In this document: one piece after another, positions 9,864 through 21,198 of the stretch | Layout of the letters: the number at the start of each line of letters is the position of its first letter | Position numbering within the stretch: the stretch's first letter is position 1 | Assembly (NCBI GenBank): GCA_965197745.1 | Contig: CBDANS010000007.1 | Location: forward strand, 1,628,306-1,692,305 | Origin: Opitutales bacterium | GTDB taxonomy: Bacteria; Verrucomicrobiota; Verrucomicrobiia; Opitutales; PNEW01 | DNA: 64,000 nucleotides | Reading direction: 5' to 3' | Notes under the pieces: generated by a model | Databases searched by the model: none | The model's input: only the letters and a program-made list of their open reading frames with translations | Told to the model about the DNA's origin: nothing | Made by a program: the position numbers and the translations under genes

Positions 9864-12071
9864 ATGGCCACAGAATCTATATGCGGTGTCTGGATAAGTC
9901 CAACTGGAGAAGCGCATCTATCCATAGGCGAGGGCAAGAACAAGCGTGAGGAAGTAGTAGAAAAATGGACACCCTTCCTTTGGGCTGATTCATTGCCGAT
10001 AGGTGGGAAAGTGAGCGAAGAAAGGTTGAACGGTGATGACCCTTTCAAACACCTCTTGTCTTTCGAGATGATGGAGGATTTGCGCGATGCGACGCAAAAA
10101 TCGCAAAGAAATTTCGCGATGGAAATGGTCCGGCCCTATGAGTGTCAATTTCTTCTATACTGTCAGAAACGCCTTTATGCTGAATTAAGTTTCAATGATC
10201 TTCATCGCTGTCAATGTGACATAGAAACGGCTTGTTCCGTGGAGGGAAGCTTCAGCGATGCAAAGAGGAAGGAGGATCGCGTATTGGCCATAGGGCTCCA
10301 TTTTAATGATGAGAGAAAAAGTCATTTATTGACCCTGGAAAATATAAGTGATGAAGCCGAGAGGGAGTTATTGCAGTCATTTAATTCCATCCTTCTCGAA
10401 GAGGACCCTGATGTAATTGAAGGTCATAATATTCACAGTTTTGATTTTCAATACCTTCGCCAGCGCGGGAAACGATTAAAGGTGCCCTGTGCCTGGGGGC
10501 GATTTGGAAAAGAAGCAAACTTTCGCAACAGTCGATTACGCGTAGCCGAACGCTGGGTGGATTTTGCACGTTGCGATATACCGGGGCGGGCGATCTTCGA
10601 TTCTTATTTAGCCATTCAATTATTTGATCTGACGACGCGCGATTTAATTTCATACGGGCTCAAGGATGTCGCCATCTATCTTGGAATTACTGGTGGTGAC
10701 CGTTCCAGTCGCACCTATATTGCCGGTGATAAAATTCAGCACGCATTTTCCGAAGATCGGGATACCTTTCTCGCGTATCTTGCCGATGATCTAAGAGAGA
10801 CAAAAGGGGTTGCTGATATTTTGTTACCTACGTATTTTGCGCAAGCTCGCATATTCCCCATGACTTTACAGGAGATTCTTCTTCGTGGCAGCGCATACAA
10901 AGTTGACCTCCTCTTGCTTGAAAAATATTACCATGCGCGTCGGAGCCTGCCCGCGATGCCTGAAGTGGGTAGTTTTGAAGGTGGGTATACGCGAAGTTTT
11001 AAAACCGGTATTTTTCATCATGTATTGCATTTTGACGTAGCTTCGCTTTATCCGAGTCTGCTCATAATTATGGAGCGCAATCCGTGTAATGACTCGCTTG
11101 GCATATTTGTTCCGTTGCTCAAAGAATTGAGAGAGTATCGATTGAAATACAAAGTATTGGCGAGAGAAGCTGAAAGTGAAGAACTTCGTAAAGAATATTC
11201 AGCACGACAAAATAGTTTTAAGATACTTATAAATTCTTTTTATGGTTATCTGGGATTTGGTAATGCGCGATTTGCGGACAGTGAACTCGCGGCCGAAGTG
11301 ACCCGTCGCGGTCGAGAGATATTGCAGTCCTTGATTGATGAATTCGGAAAATTGGGTTGTGGGGTATTGGAAGCTGATACGGACGGTATATATCTCACCT
11401 CCGAGGAATATCATAATCATCCGGATCGGTTACTAGAGAAGGTCTACCCTATATTACCGGAAGGACTCGAGTTGGAATATGATGGCCGCTATGAAGCAAT
11501 TTTCTGTTACAAATCGAAAAATTACGCATTATATGATGGGACTAAAGTGACAATTAGGGGCTCCGCGCTGCGATCGCGCGGGATTGAACCCTACCTTAAA
11601 TTACTCACTGACCAGCTTATTCGCTATCTCCTCGGTGTAGAAAAAGAATCGCCATTAATACGGGCTGAAGGATTACGCGGGGAGATTGAAAGCAGTCAAA
11701 TTGACATATCACTTATAGCTAAATCAGAATACCTGAGCCAGCAACCCGAAGCTTACAAAAAGGCGGTGACCCAAAGTAAAAAACCGCGACGGGCCTCCCT
11801 CGAAGTTGCCTTACAAACAGAACCCATTCCTAAAATGGGTGAGCGCGTAACTTATTACATACTTCCAAAAGAAAAGGGAAAGACATCTGATTGGCAGCGC
11901 GCTCGCAATATCGCTGATTTTGATCCCCGGCAATTTCCTTTCGACCCCAGCTATTACACTAAAAAAATTGATGCCTGGATAAAGCGTTATAGTGAATTTC
12001 TGGAAACAGAACAAGGAGACGATGCGGGAAAAAGCAATGAACAGATATCCTTGTTGCCCATCGATGAATGA
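9864..12071 (+). CDS. polB: Family B DNA polymerase (Pol II-like) with 3'-5' exonuclease domain
   Basis: Exo I CDIET, Exo II GHNIHSFDFQYL, Exo III YLADDLRET. Pol motif A DVASLYPS, motif B KILINSFYGYLG, motif C DTDGIY. Confidence 0.85.
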   Translation: MATESICGVWISPTGEAHLSIGEGKNKREEVVEKWTPFLWADSLPIGGKVSEERLNGDDPFKHLLSFEMMEDLRDATQKSQRNFAMEMVRPYECQFLLYCQKRLYAELSFNDLHRCQCDIETACSVEGSFSDAKRKEDRVLAIGLHFNDERKSHLLTLENISDEAERELLQSFNSILLEEDPDVIEGHNIHSFDFQYLRQRGKRLKVPCAWGRFGKEANFRNSRLRVAERWVDFARCDIPGRAIFDSYLAIQLFDLTTRDLISYGLKDVAIYLGITGGDRSSRTYIAGDKIQHAFSEDRDTFLAYLADDLRETKGVADILLPTYFAQARIFPMTLQEILLRGSAYKVDLLLLEKYYHARRSLPAMPEVGSFEGGYTRSFKTGIFHHVLHFDVASLYPSLLIIMERNPCNDSLGIFVPLLKELREYRLKYKVLAREAESEELRKEYSARQNSFKILINSFYGYLGFGNARFADSELAAEVTRRGREILQSLIDEFGKLGCGVLEADTDGIYLTSEEYHNHPDRLLEKVYPILPEGLELEYDGRYEAIFCYKSKNYALYDGTKVTIRGSALRSRGIEPYLKLLTDQLIRYLLGVEKESPLIRAEGLRGEIESSQIDISLIAKSEYLSQQPEAYKKAVTQSKKPRRASLEVALQTEPIPKMGERVTYYILPKEKGKTSDWQRARNIADFDPRQFPFDPSYYTKKIDAWIKRYSEFLETEQGDDAGKSNEQISLLPIDE

Positions 12072-13031
12072 TTAAAGACCGCGCATGAATTGAAAGACAT
12101 GATCGGAATTACCGGGAAAATTTTCATGTCTGAAGTCGGGATATAGAGTCATTTCTTTTGGAGATTTTATCTTATTGTAAACGGCAAACTGGGTCGACGG
12201 AGGGCAGATTTCATCCATGAGACCAGTTCCCATATGTACTTTGCCTTCTATGCGTGGAGCTAAGTGTTGAACGTCAATGTAACCGAGTCGAGTGAAGATT
12301 TCATCTTCACGCTTATGCATCGGATCAAAGAGGCGAAAATAAAGTCTTAATTCTTCGTAAGCTAAATTGGCTAAATCCATTTCCCAGACTCTTTTATAGT
12401 CAGATAAAAAAGGAGCATCTGGAGCAGCCAATTTTATCCTTGGCTCCAGGGCCGCGCAAGCAAGGGTAAGTCCGCCCCCTTGTGACCCTCCCATGGCACC
12501 GACACGATTCTCATCTACATCATCCATGTCCATGATAATGCCGGCAAGTTGTGCCGTATCTAAAAAAATGTTTCTGAATAACAAGGCGTCAGGGTGATCA
12601 TCAATGCCGCGAATGAAATGGCCACGATGGGTAGTCCCTTTTACTTTGCCACTGTCTTCCGAGCGTCCTCCCGGGCCGCGGCAATCCATAGCCGCGACGG
12701 TATAACCCAGGGCGACATAGCCGAGTTTATTATACCAATCACCGGCGTTACCTGAATAACCATGGAAGGTGACAAGAGCTGGGTGTTTGTCCTTTGCATG
12801 TGCGGGTCTAAGCAGTTGAACATGGATTCTAGCCCCACCAGTACCGTTAAAATAGAGATGGAAGCATTCAGCATAAGGAACTTCGAACGGGCTTTTTATA
12901 AGCTCAAAATCTCCTCTTAAAGCCTTCATTTCGGAAAGAGCTCGATCCCAATATTTATCAAAGTCATCCGGGCGGGGATTAGTTCCATGGTATTTTTTCA
13001 ATTCATCCAGCGGCATATCAATAAGCGGCAT
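12072..13031 (-). CDS. Acetylxylan esterase / cephalosporin-C deacetylase (CE7, AXE1 family)
   Basis: GGSQGGG nucleophile elbow and an N-terminal DFDKYW region typical of AXE1. Its stop abuts the polB stop with zero spacing. Confidence 0.8.
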   Translation of the reverse strand: MPLIDMPLDELKKYHGTNPRPDDFDKYWDRALSEMKALRGDFELIKSPFEVPYAECFHLYFNGTGGARIHVQLLRPAHAKDKHPALVTFHGYSGNAGDWYNKLGYVALGYTVAAMDCRGPGGRSEDSGKVKGTTHRGHFIRGIDDHPDALLFRNIFLDTAQLAGIIMDMDDVDENRVGAMGGSQGGGLTLACAALEPRIKLAAPDAPFLSDYKRVWEMDLANLAYEELRLYFRLFDPMHKREDEIFTRLGYIDVQHLAPRIEGKVHMGTGLMDEICPPSTQFAVYNKIKSPKEMTLYPDFRHENFPGNSDHVFQFMRGL

Positions 13032-13085
13032 CTTTACTTCTCCTTTACTGCTTTCAGGAAAAAAAAGAGGTGGCCTTAACCATTC

Positions 13086-14063
13086 CTAACCCTGATAGAG
13101 AGGCTCAAGGCCTTCGGCAAAGCGGTCAATATTTTCCTTCAAAGCACCGATACGTCTTCGACAGGTAGCTACCGTGACTCCCGCAATATGTGGCGTGGTA
13201 ATTACGTTGGGGAGTTGAAAAAGCGGGGATTCCGGGTCAGGGGGTTCAGGATCAAATACATCCAAACCCGCACCGGCAATGCGCTTATTTTTTAATGCTT
13301 CAATTAAGGCCGGCTCATCGACAAGCCCGCCGCGGGCCACGTTGATGAGGATTGCGCTTTTCTTCATAAGCTCGATCCTCCGGCTGTCGATCAGTTTTTC
13401 GGTCTCTGGAAGGAGCGGGACATGGAGTGATATAATGTCAGCTTGGGCAACAAGCTCATCGGTTTTTTCAGTTGTTCCAAAAGAATCAACTCCATATTCA
13501 TCGAGTAATGTTTGCTCCATGGGTAAGAGGTCAACAGCCATGATTCGCATGGCACAAGCTTTGGCGCGGCGAGCGAGTTCACGACCACTGGCGCCGAATC
13601 CTATTAAGCCGAGGGTCATCCCTCCTAAATCATCCCCAATCGGATCCCACATTTTCTGATTCCGCAATGCTATTTGGGTTTCCTCGAATCGGCGAGTGAT
13701 CAATAAAATCATCATGAGGGCGCATTCGGCTAGAGAGGCTCCACTAAAAATGCCGGGGGTGTGCGCCACTTTAAACCCGCGCCGGTGCATGTCGTCGAGA
13801 TCGATAGCGTCAAGACCGATAGAGGGGACAAGCCAAAGGCCGGCATTGCGGGCAGCGCTGTCTATAATTTCATCAGTGAGATTTTTGCCCAGGTTAATGA
13901 CCACTTCCTGCCCGGTAAATTGTTCTGGGACAGGTTTATTATAATCGAATATGGTTAATTCATGAGTCACACCAATAGTTGCCTCAATTTCTTTATGCAG
14001 ATTGATATCCCAATCTATGAATGGAGTATTTTTTTGTATTAAGATAACTTTTACACGTTTCAT
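13086..14063 (-). CDS. D-isomer-specific 2-hydroxyacid dehydrogenase (glyoxylate/hydroxypyruvate reductase-like)
   Basis: Rossmann GLIGFGASG and a catalytic-region NVARGGLVD ... TPHIAG. Confidence 0.8.
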   Translation of the reverse strand: MKRVKVILIQKNTPFIDWDINLHKEIEATIGVTHELTIFDYNKPVPEQFTGQEVVINLGKNLTDEIIDSAARNAGLWLVPSIGLDAIDLDDMHRRGFKVAHTPGIFSGASLAECALMMILLITRRFEETQIALRNQKMWDPIGDDLGGMTLGLIGFGASGRELARRAKACAMRIMAVDLLPMEQTLLDEYGVDSFGTTEKTDELVAQADIISLHVPLLPETEKLIDSRRIELMKKSAILINVARGGLVDEPALIEALKNKRIAGAGLDVFDPEPPDPESPLFQLPNVITTPHIAGVTVATCRRRIGALKENIDRFAEGLEPLYQG

Positions 14064-14174
14064 TTTATAATTTTTTATTTATATGTGATTATTAAAAATG
14101 AGGATCGCAAGAATATTTCCAGAGAGCCAGGATTTGGATTGATAATTATCCTGATTTTCAATTAAGGAAACATA

Positions 14175-15128
14175 GTGATGCCATACAAAGTTACATGGGG
14201 CGTGGAATTTATTACAAGTGAAGCCAGAGATCATTTTAGTAAAATTGATTGTGAGATAATAAAGAGCAACCTGAATAACCTGGGAGAGGAAGCGTTGGGC
14301 GAAATATTACACGACGCAGATGCGGTCATCGCCGGGGGTGAATACTATACGGAAAAGGTATTTAAAGCGGCAGAAAAATTAAAGATTGTGGCACGGGTTG
14401 GAGCCGGTTACGATCATGTTGACCTGGAATCAGCAACAAGGAATGGGGTGTGGGTAACAACTACTCCGGGGGCGAATAGTAATGCCGTTGCCGACTTTAC
14501 TCTCGGGCTCATTCTTATGATTACAAGAAATATCCATGGAATGGCTGGGGATATGAAGGATGGAAACTGGAATCAGTTCAGAGGATTGGAGTTGGCAGAA
14601 TCGACGTTGGGAATTATTGGAGCCGGTTTAATAGGCAAGGAAGTCATAAAAAGAGCGAGGGCTTTTGGCACTCACGTTCTCGCACACGATATAAATACGG
14701 ATAAAGCGTTTGCGGTAAAGTGGTCGATTAAATATGTGGATCTGGATGAATTAGTCACGAAATCGGATATCATCAGCATCCATACAGCGTATAATGAAGG
14801 GACGCGACACCTGATTGATGAAAAGAGATTACAATTCATGAAGCCTGGTGCTTACTTGATAAACACAAGCAGACCCGGAGTAGTGGATAAAGATGCCCTG
14901 ATTGAAGTTCTTAAATCAAAGAAAATCGCAGGTGCGGCCATCGATGTTCATGACTCATACCCTTGCCTTCCAGATGATCCATTGGTCCAACTTGAGAATG
15001 TCATTGCCACTCCCTGGTCAGCGTATAATACGAATGGATCGATTGAAAATATGTGCCTTGAAGCAACAAAAGACGCGGTATCCGTTTTACAAGGTAACAA
15101 ACCAAGGTACCCTGTTAATAAGCTCTAA
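14175..15128 (+). CDS. D-isomer-specific 2-hydroxyacid dehydrogenase (phosphoglycerate dehydrogenase-like)
   Basis: GIIGAGLIGKEV NAD-binding motif and INTSRPGVVD. Divergent paralog of the neighbouring gene. Confidence 0.8.
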   Translation: MMPYKVTWGVEFITSEARDHFSKIDCEIIKSNLNNLGEEALGEILHDADAVIAGGEYYTEKVFKAAEKLKIVARVGAGYDHVDLESATRNGVWVTTTPGANSNAVADFTLGLILMITRNIHGMAGDMKDGNWNQFRGLELAESTLGIIGAGLIGKEVIKRARAFGTHVLAHDINTDKAFAVKWSIKYVDLDELVTKSDIISIHTAYNEGTRHLIDEKRLQFMKPGAYLINTSRPGVVDKDALIEVLKSKKIAGAAIDVHDSYPCLPDDPLVQLENVIATPWSAYNTNGSIENMCLEATKDAVSVLQGNKPRYPVNKL

Positions 15129-15221
15129 GGAAAAACAATTTACGGCATGCACTCAATGGATGCCTTTATAAGAATAAAGGCCAGAATAAAGAATTCAAAA
15201 AAATATAAAAGAGAAAAGCTT

Positions 15222-15755
15222 TTAAGTCTTACTGGATCTGCTCCGTGAAGCTACCCAGTTTATTATAGCTTTTCTGTTATTATTGTATTTCCAAACGATT
15301 CTCAGGAATTCCGCTGGATGAACATCGTTGGCTTTAAAAAACCGTCGATCCCCTCCACAGTCATACATGGTATCGGGATCGAGTTCACCGCGTAATTTAG
15401 ATTTTGCCTTTTCGATGATACGCGGGAGCCAGACAATTCCTCTGATTTTCTTTTCTTTGGGGGGAAGCTTCTCGGGGACAAGTTGGCGGCTTGAGGGTTT
15501 TCCTTTTTGCACTTCCAGATAATAGGAGCGACGGACGTCATGAATCATGGCCATGGTCGTAAAATTGGGCGCTCCGTCAGAGCAATAATCCTCGGCAAAA
15601 TCATATATCTCCTGTGGGGTGGCACCAATTGAATCGAGAAAAGCGGCTTCTTTTTTGCTAAAGTAAGTACTAGCGTTACGTTTTTTCTTTTTGTAGAGCT
15701 TTACCGATTTTTCCCAGATTTTATATAGTTTCTCCTGATAGTCGTAATTGTTCAT
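15222..15755 (-). CDS. Conserved hypothetical protein, resembles DUF5069
   Basis: The segment GIVWLPRIIEKAKSKLRGELDPDTMYDCGGDRRFF resembles the DUF5069 core as recalled from memory. No catalytic motif recognised. Confidence 0.35.
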   Translation of the reverse strand: MNNYDYQEKLYKIWEKSVKLYKKKKRNASTYFSKKEAAFLDSIGATPQEIYDFAEDYCSDGAPNFTTMAMIHDVRRSYYLEVQKGKPSSRQLVPEKLPPKEKKIRGIVWLPRIIEKAKSKLRGELDPDTMYDCGGDRRFFKANDVHPAEFLRIVWKYNNNRKAIINWVASRSRSSKT

Positions 15756-15915
15756 GATTAGCCTTTCTCATTGTCCATTATTCTAATTTAGAGCAAAATA
15801 ATTAATTTCAAAGTTTCAAGTCAGAAACATGAATAGAAGAAGTGAACCATGAATTCGAGGCAGAATATGCGTCAAACACCTTCGCTCTAAATGTGTAGGA
15901 TAAAGTCGAAATGAT

Positions 15916-18189
15916 TCAAGCGATACGGAAATCAATCTGCCTTTTAAAGCGGTCAATACGGTCCACTACTACTTTAACTTTCTGGCCAAGTGTATATTTT
16001 TTCTTTTTCCGCCTGCCGATGAGGACGGTACTGTCCGAGTTCAGAGTATAGAGGTCGTCACGAAGGGTGGATATATGGACAAGACCGAATGCCATTGACG
16101 GGGTAAGTTCAATAAAAAACCCATGATTTTTAAGATCGACGATATACGCATCAAAAATAGTTTTTTTCTTTTTACTTAATTCCCGCTCGAAAAATTCCAT
16201 GAGTTTAACTTTGACGGAGGCGCGCTCGGCTTCGGTGCTGTTCTGTTCAGTAAGTGAAATATGCTGCGCTATTCCGATTAATCTACCCTTGGAATAATTA
16301 GCATTTCTGTTTTTCGGACTCTCAGAATTAATATCGGGAGCGATGTGAGAATCGAGAATCCGATGCACGACTAAGTCTGAATAGCGACGGATAGGCGATG
16401 TGAAATGAGTATAATCAACCAAGTTCAAACCAAAATGGCCGTGCGGTTCAGCACGATAGCAAGCCTGTTTGAGACTTCTCAGAAATTGAATACGCAATGT
16501 GTGTCCTTGTGGGTGATCTTTAAGTTTTGGTAGTAGGGATACAATTTCTTTTCTTTGATTCAAATTTCCTGTTTCCAGACCATAAGTAGCAAGCAATTCC
16601 CGAAATTCCTCCAATTTAACCGGATCGGGTTTATCATGGACACGATAAAGCAGAGGGACACCCGCGCGCCTTAAAGATTTTGCCACTTCACCATTGGCAG
16701 CGAGCATAAATTCTTCAATGAGTTGATGGCTTTCATCGTAGGCAATACTTTCAAGGCGATCAGCATAGCCCTTTTTATCTACAAATATTTTTATTTCCGG
16801 CATGTCAAAATCAAGACTCCCTTTGGCAAAACGCCTGGCACGCAAGGCCGCACCAATCTTCCATAGTTCTCTTATAGGGATCTGCAGATCCTTTAATTCG
16901 CTATCGGCAAGTTTAGCGAAGGAACGACCGGTTGAACCGGTGAGGTGGGTTGGGGGCAGTGGTATTTTTCGAATAGTATTAAAATTATTTTCTTTGAGAA
17001 GACCTAATGCCTGGTGGTAAGTCATCCTTTTGCGACTGCAGATAAGAGTATTGGCAAAGGATGTTTTTCGCAATTGGCTTTTATTTGAAAATGTGAAAAA
17101 AACAGTTTTTGTCAGACGATCTTCACCTTCGACCAAGCTGCAAACGCCGTTTGATAATGCGGCGGGAAGCATGGGCACAACCTGACCCACGAGATAGGTG
17201 GAATTGCCGCGTCTTTGTGCTTCTTTATCTAAAGCGCTGGAAGGCCTTACATAAGCGCTGACATCAGCAATGTGTACGCCTATACGCCTGTTTCCATTCG
17301 ACAACAGTTCAATAGATAAAGCATCATCAAAGTCTTTTGCGTCATCGGGATCAATGGTGAAGGTCAAAAGCTTGCGGAGATCGATCCTCCCTCTCCTTTG
17401 CGCGGGGGTGACTTTCTTAGGTATTTTATCAATTTCCCGCATAACTTCGTCTCTAAAATGTGGGTTGAGATCATAAAGACGGAGAATTGCTTTTTGTTCG
17501 GCCCAAGGTTCATGGGTTCTCCCGAGGATTTCGGTAATTTTACCTTCAGGGTTCAGGTGGCGCTGTTGCCATTCAGTTAATCGCACAACAACTTTATCGT
17601 TAATCTTAGGAACTGGTTTAATCCCAGAACGCTTAGGGTCGTGAACGAGAATATCTTGAATAATACGGGGGTCATCCGGGATTATAAAATAGTAGAGATG
17701 GCTGCGTTTTAATGTCCCTGTGATCGTCTCACGCCCTCGTTCAAGGATGCGAATTACACGACAATTTTCGGTTGCCGCTTCCGGTAATAGATGTGCTTTT
17801 CTCTTTCGGTGATTCCGATTATTTCGGGTACTTAAATTTGTCTTGCGGGCAAGAACATGGTCTCCGTGCATGGCAACCCAAGTGTCTTCCGCTTTAATAT
17901 TGATAGGGGATCTTTGTTCTTTCTCGGATTGGGAATCGGGGATGAGAAGCGCAGTGCCACTTTGTCTGAATTTGATAATACCGGATATCAGATCAGCATC
18001 AGCAGGCAGGCAGAGACGATCTTTTTTAAGTTTAACAATAATGCCATTTCGCAATAACGCTTTAATTTCTTCATAGAATTTAGTGCGTCGGCCGCCCTTG
18101 AGATTCAATTGATTAGCGATCTCGCTGGCTGTCTGGGGGACATAACCCCTCCGTTTCATCAAATTGGTAATTTTATTTATGTAAGTCAT
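15916..18189 (-). CDS. rnr: Ribonuclease R (3'-5' exoribonuclease)
   Basis: N-terminal HTH/cold-shock region, RNB domain (TIDPDDAKDFDDALS, HFGL..YTHFTSPIRRYSDLVVHR) and a C-terminal S1 domain. Confidence 0.9.
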   Translation of the reverse strand: MTYINKITNLMKRRGYVPQTASEIANQLNLKGGRRTKFYEEIKALLRNGIIVKLKKDRLCLPADADLISGIIKFRQSGTALLIPDSQSEKEQRSPINIKAEDTWVAMHGDHVLARKTNLSTRNNRNHRKRKAHLLPEAATENCRVIRILERGRETITGTLKRSHLYYFIIPDDPRIIQDILVHDPKRSGIKPVPKINDKVVVRLTEWQQRHLNPEGKITEILGRTHEPWAEQKAILRLYDLNPHFRDEVMREIDKIPKKVTPAQRRGRIDLRKLLTFTIDPDDAKDFDDALSIELLSNGNRRIGVHIADVSAYVRPSSALDKEAQRRGNSTYLVGQVVPMLPAALSNGVCSLVEGEDRLTKTVFFTFSNKSQLRKTSFANTLICSRKRMTYHQALGLLKENNFNTIRKIPLPPTHLTGSTGRSFAKLADSELKDLQIPIRELWKIGAALRARRFAKGSLDFDMPEIKIFVDKKGYADRLESIAYDESHQLIEEFMLAANGEVAKSLRRAGVPLLYRVHDKPDPVKLEEFRELLATYGLETGNLNQRKEIVSLLPKLKDHPQGHTLRIQFLRSLKQACYRAEPHGHFGLNLVDYTHFTSPIRRYSDLVVHRILDSHIAPDINSESPKNRNANYSKGRLIGIAQHISLTEQNSTEAERASVKVKLMEFFERELSKKKKTIFDAYIVDLKNHGFFIELTPSMAFGLVHISTLRDDLYTLNSDSTVLIGRRKKKKYTLGQKVKVVVDRIDRFKRQIDFRIA

Positions 18190-18392
18190 ATAAATGCTCC
18201 AGTGGTCGAAGCCGTAGAAGGTGATTTATGCCTTTGGGTAAACAGGTGCAAACACGAATACTTATCACTAAAATTTTCGCACATCTTGCCAGGATAAGGA
18301 AGGGGTTGTAGAGGTTTTACCCAGAATGCACAGATTTTATACTAATAGGGGTAGTCCTGAGCGCAATTGTATATTTTATCTAAAAATACTGA

Positions 18393-19121
18393 CTATTGGC
18401 CTGGATCCTGGCCGGCGTGGGTAATCTCAAGAATATCGGCACTGGGGTTAAGTGATTCTTTTATATTTCTGGTCGCTGATTTATCTAAATAACGGACAAG
18501 AAGGCCTTTCTCGTTTGGATCATCACCCACTAAATTGTGATACCATTCCACATGTCCATCGAGATAAGCAATATGCCCTCCTTTCCCCTCCCAAGGTGAA
18601 TCATGATTCCAATAACCTTCGCTATTAAGCCCCCGGGTCCAGGCGATCGGTGTCGTTGACACCGGTGAACGCGGGCTAATTCCGGCAGCGAATGACCAAC
18701 TTACGGGGGTCCCAATAAGGTGATTTTCAATAAGCCTGCCTTCTGCGTCGCAAGTGCCTACCGTTTTCGGTAAATTGCTGAATTGTGCAACTGCCGGATC
18801 TGATCCGATATAATAAAGAGCAGCATCATTGAGACCGACTTTTTCAGCGAGGACGGCAGCCCATTCATAGGGTTCCTGCACCTTATCAGGATCTATTGTC
18901 CGGGGCGTTGATTGATTATTGGCAAAGGCGGCATAGGCCAGGGCAATTTGACGGAGATTGTTAGCGGCTTGTGATTGATTTGCCCTATCGAGAACTGAAC
19001 CAACGGTAGGAATAAGTAATGCAGCCAATATGCCAATTATGGCGATAACCGTAAGTAATTCTATGAGGGTAAAAGCCGACGTGAATAAGGATAAGTCCTT
19101 TTTCACGAAACGCTCAGGCAT
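18393..19121 (-). CDS. Prepilin-type N-terminal cleavage/methylation domain protein (pseudopilin-like, PVC type)
   Basis: The FTLIELLTVIAIIGILAALLIP signature and C-terminal GGHIAYLDGHVEW, as in the abundant PVC DUF1559/H-X9-DG-type proteins. Confidence 0.8.
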   Translation of the reverse strand: MPERFVKKDLSLFTSAFTLIELLTVIAIIGILAALLIPTVGSVLDRANQSQAANNLRQIALAYAAFANNQSTPRTIDPDKVQEPYEWAAVLAEKVGLNDAALYYIGSDPAVAQFSNLPKTVGTCDAEGRLIENHLIGTPVSWSFAAGISPRSPVSTTPIAWTRGLNSEGYWNHDSPWEGKGGHIAYLDGHVEWYHNLVGDDPNEKGLLVRYLDKSATRNIKESLNPSADILEITHAGQDPGQ

Positions 19122-19150
19122 AAATCAATAACGACATGTTGCCCTGAAAA

Positions 19151-20419
19151 CTAATAGGGTAAGGGAAATTTTTGACAAAGTTCAATAGCTGCACTCCGGG
19201 CTTCAGCAATAACACTATCATTATCGGGGCTGGCGAGCACGCTATCGATAGCTCCGGCAATTGTCCTCATTTCTAATTCTCGCATACCGCGGCTGGTGAC
19301 CGCAGGTGTCCCCAGGCGAATCCCGCTGGCCTGGAAAGGGCTGCGAGTTTCACCAGGAACGGTGTTTTTGTTAGTTGTGATATGTGCCTTATCGAGAGCT
19401 TTCTCTGCCTGTTTACCCGTCATTTCAGGATATTTTGGACGCAAGTCCATCAAAGCCAGATGATTATCCGTCCCGCCACTTAAAAGAAAATGGCCTTTCT
19501 CAGTAATAGCTTCAGCAAGCGCTTTGGCGTTGGCGATAACTTGTGCCTGGTATTCTTTGAAATCGGGTTTCAAGGCTTCGCCAAGGCATACTGCTTTAGC
19601 CGCTATCACATGCATGAGCGGTCCACCCTGAGTTCCAGGAAAGATTGCAGAATTTATAGCTTTAGCGTATTTTTCTTTACAGAGGATAAGTCCTCCTCGA
19701 GGTCCACGCAGTGTTTTATGAGTTGTTGTCGTTACGAAATCTGCGTGGGGTAGCGGTGAAGGATGTAATCCCGTTGCCACTAACCCGGCGATATGAGCAA
19801 TGTCCGCGAAGAGGTAGGCTCCACAATCGCGAGCAATTTGTCCCATTCGCTCGAATTCTATAATCCGCGGGTAAGCAGAAGCACCGACGGTGATCATTTT
19901 TGGTTTTTCGCGAATGGCAATTTCAGCTAGCTGATCGTAATCGATGCGCCCGTCTTTCTCACTGACACCATAGTTAACAGTCTCATAAAGCTTTCCGCTG
20001 AAATTAGCGGGGTGGCCATGCGTGAGATGTCCCCCATCTGCCAAATTCATGGTCAGAATTTTGTCCCCGGGTTTCAAGACCGAGAAATAAACACCCATAT
20101 TAGCCTGGCTTCCGGAGTGTGGCTGAACGTTGGCAAATTCTGCTCCAAAAAGTTGAAGGGCACGATCAATAGCTAATTGTTCGACAATATCCACATGTTG
20201 ACACCCGCCATAATAGCGTTTTCCAGGATAACCTTCGGCATACTTATTGGTCATCACACAACCCACGGCTTCCATTACGGCGGGAAGGGTAAAATTTTCC
20301 GAGGCAATGAGTTCTAAATGATTCTGTTGCCGTTCTGTTTCCTGCGCGATGGCTCGAGATACTTCCGGATCAAGCAATTTCAAGGATTCGCTTTTTAAAG
20401 TAGGGGTATCGGTAATCAT
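19151..20419 (-). CDS. glyA: Serine hydroxymethyltransferase
   Basis: PLP site [14 protein letters not shown]. Full-length 422 aa. Confidence 0.95.
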   Translation of the reverse strand: MITDTPTLKSESLKLLDPEVSRAIAQETERQQNHLELIASENFTLPAVMEAVGCVMTNKYAEGYPGKRYYGGCQHVDIVEQLAIDRALQLFGAEFANVQPHSGSQANMGVYFSVLKPGDKILTMNLADGGHLTHGHPANFSGKLYETVNYGVSEKDGRIDYDQLAEIAIREKPKMITVGASAYPRIIEFERMGQIARDCGAYLFADIAHIAGLVATGLHPSPLPHADFVTTTTHKTLRGPRGGLILCKEKYAKAINSAIFPGTQGGPLMHVIAAKAVCLGEALKPDFKEYQAQVIANAKALAEAITEKGHFLLSGGTDNHLALMDLRPKYPEMTGKQAEKALDKAHITTNKNTVPGETRSPFQASGIRLGTPAVTSRGMRELEMRTIAGAIDSVLASPDNDSVIAEARSAAIELCQKFPLPY

Positions 20420-20559
20420 AAGACGGTTATTTTATTTTTAAGGAGTTATTTTTTTGGAAGTTTGAATAACAATTCTTTTATTTGCTCCTGATTGTCAATT
20501 TTGCATTGGAAAGAATAATGAAAAATGAAGTTCAGGTATGATCTCGAATATTAATCCTG

Positions 20560-21054
20560 TTATAGTTTATAATACTCTTTAAGGTACTTGATAATAAAAG
20601 GAATAGCTTCGACGATACTGTCACGACAATTCTCATAAACGGCCAGGTTTGTCCCGAAGGGGTCGGGGATTTGCTGTTCAGCAGGATCTGGGATTTGTTC
20701 TCGAAAGAGACGTATAGGGGTTTTCAATGAAGGGAAATAATTCTGGAGTATGAGGCGATGCGATTCAGTCATACAGAAAATAACTAACGATTTTTCTATT
20801 AACTCTTTCGTAATTTGCTGACTGCGGTGATCAGAAAGATCAAGCCCCACTTTTTTCAGCGCTTTAACCGCGTTTAGAGAAGCTTTCTCTCCCCGCGCTG
20901 CTGATACTCCAGCAGAATTAACTTGCACAGAACGCCAGGGCTTATTTTCTGCCGATAAAGCGTGCTGGAGTAATTTTGCCGCCATGGGACTGCGACAGAT
21001 ATTGCCCGTGCAGACACAAGTGATGATTGGGGCATTCTCAGCCATGGCAAACAT
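20560..21054 (-). CDS. Low-molecular-weight protein-tyrosine phosphatase
   Basis: CTGNICRSPMA P-loop (CX5R) near the N-terminus and a downstream DP motif. The start could be the second or third Met. Confidence 0.85.
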   Translation of the reverse strand: MFAMAENAPIITCVCTGNICRSPMAAKLLQHALSAENKPWRSVQVNSAGVSAARGEKASLNAVKALKKVGLDLSDHRSQQITKELIEKSLVIFCMTESHRLILQNYFPSLKTPIRLFREQIPDPAEQQIPDPFGTNLAVYENCRDSIVEAIPFIIKYLKEYYKL

Positions 21055-21198
21055 AGGATTGTGACATCGCGCTAATTACATGTAAAGCTACAATGAATGC
21101 CGGGTTAGGTAACTGATTTTCGCTCAAAAAGATTAAGGTTTTCGGTTATAGAAAAAAAATTAAATCAGCTATTGTGAATGCGCTTTGTCCAAGCAATT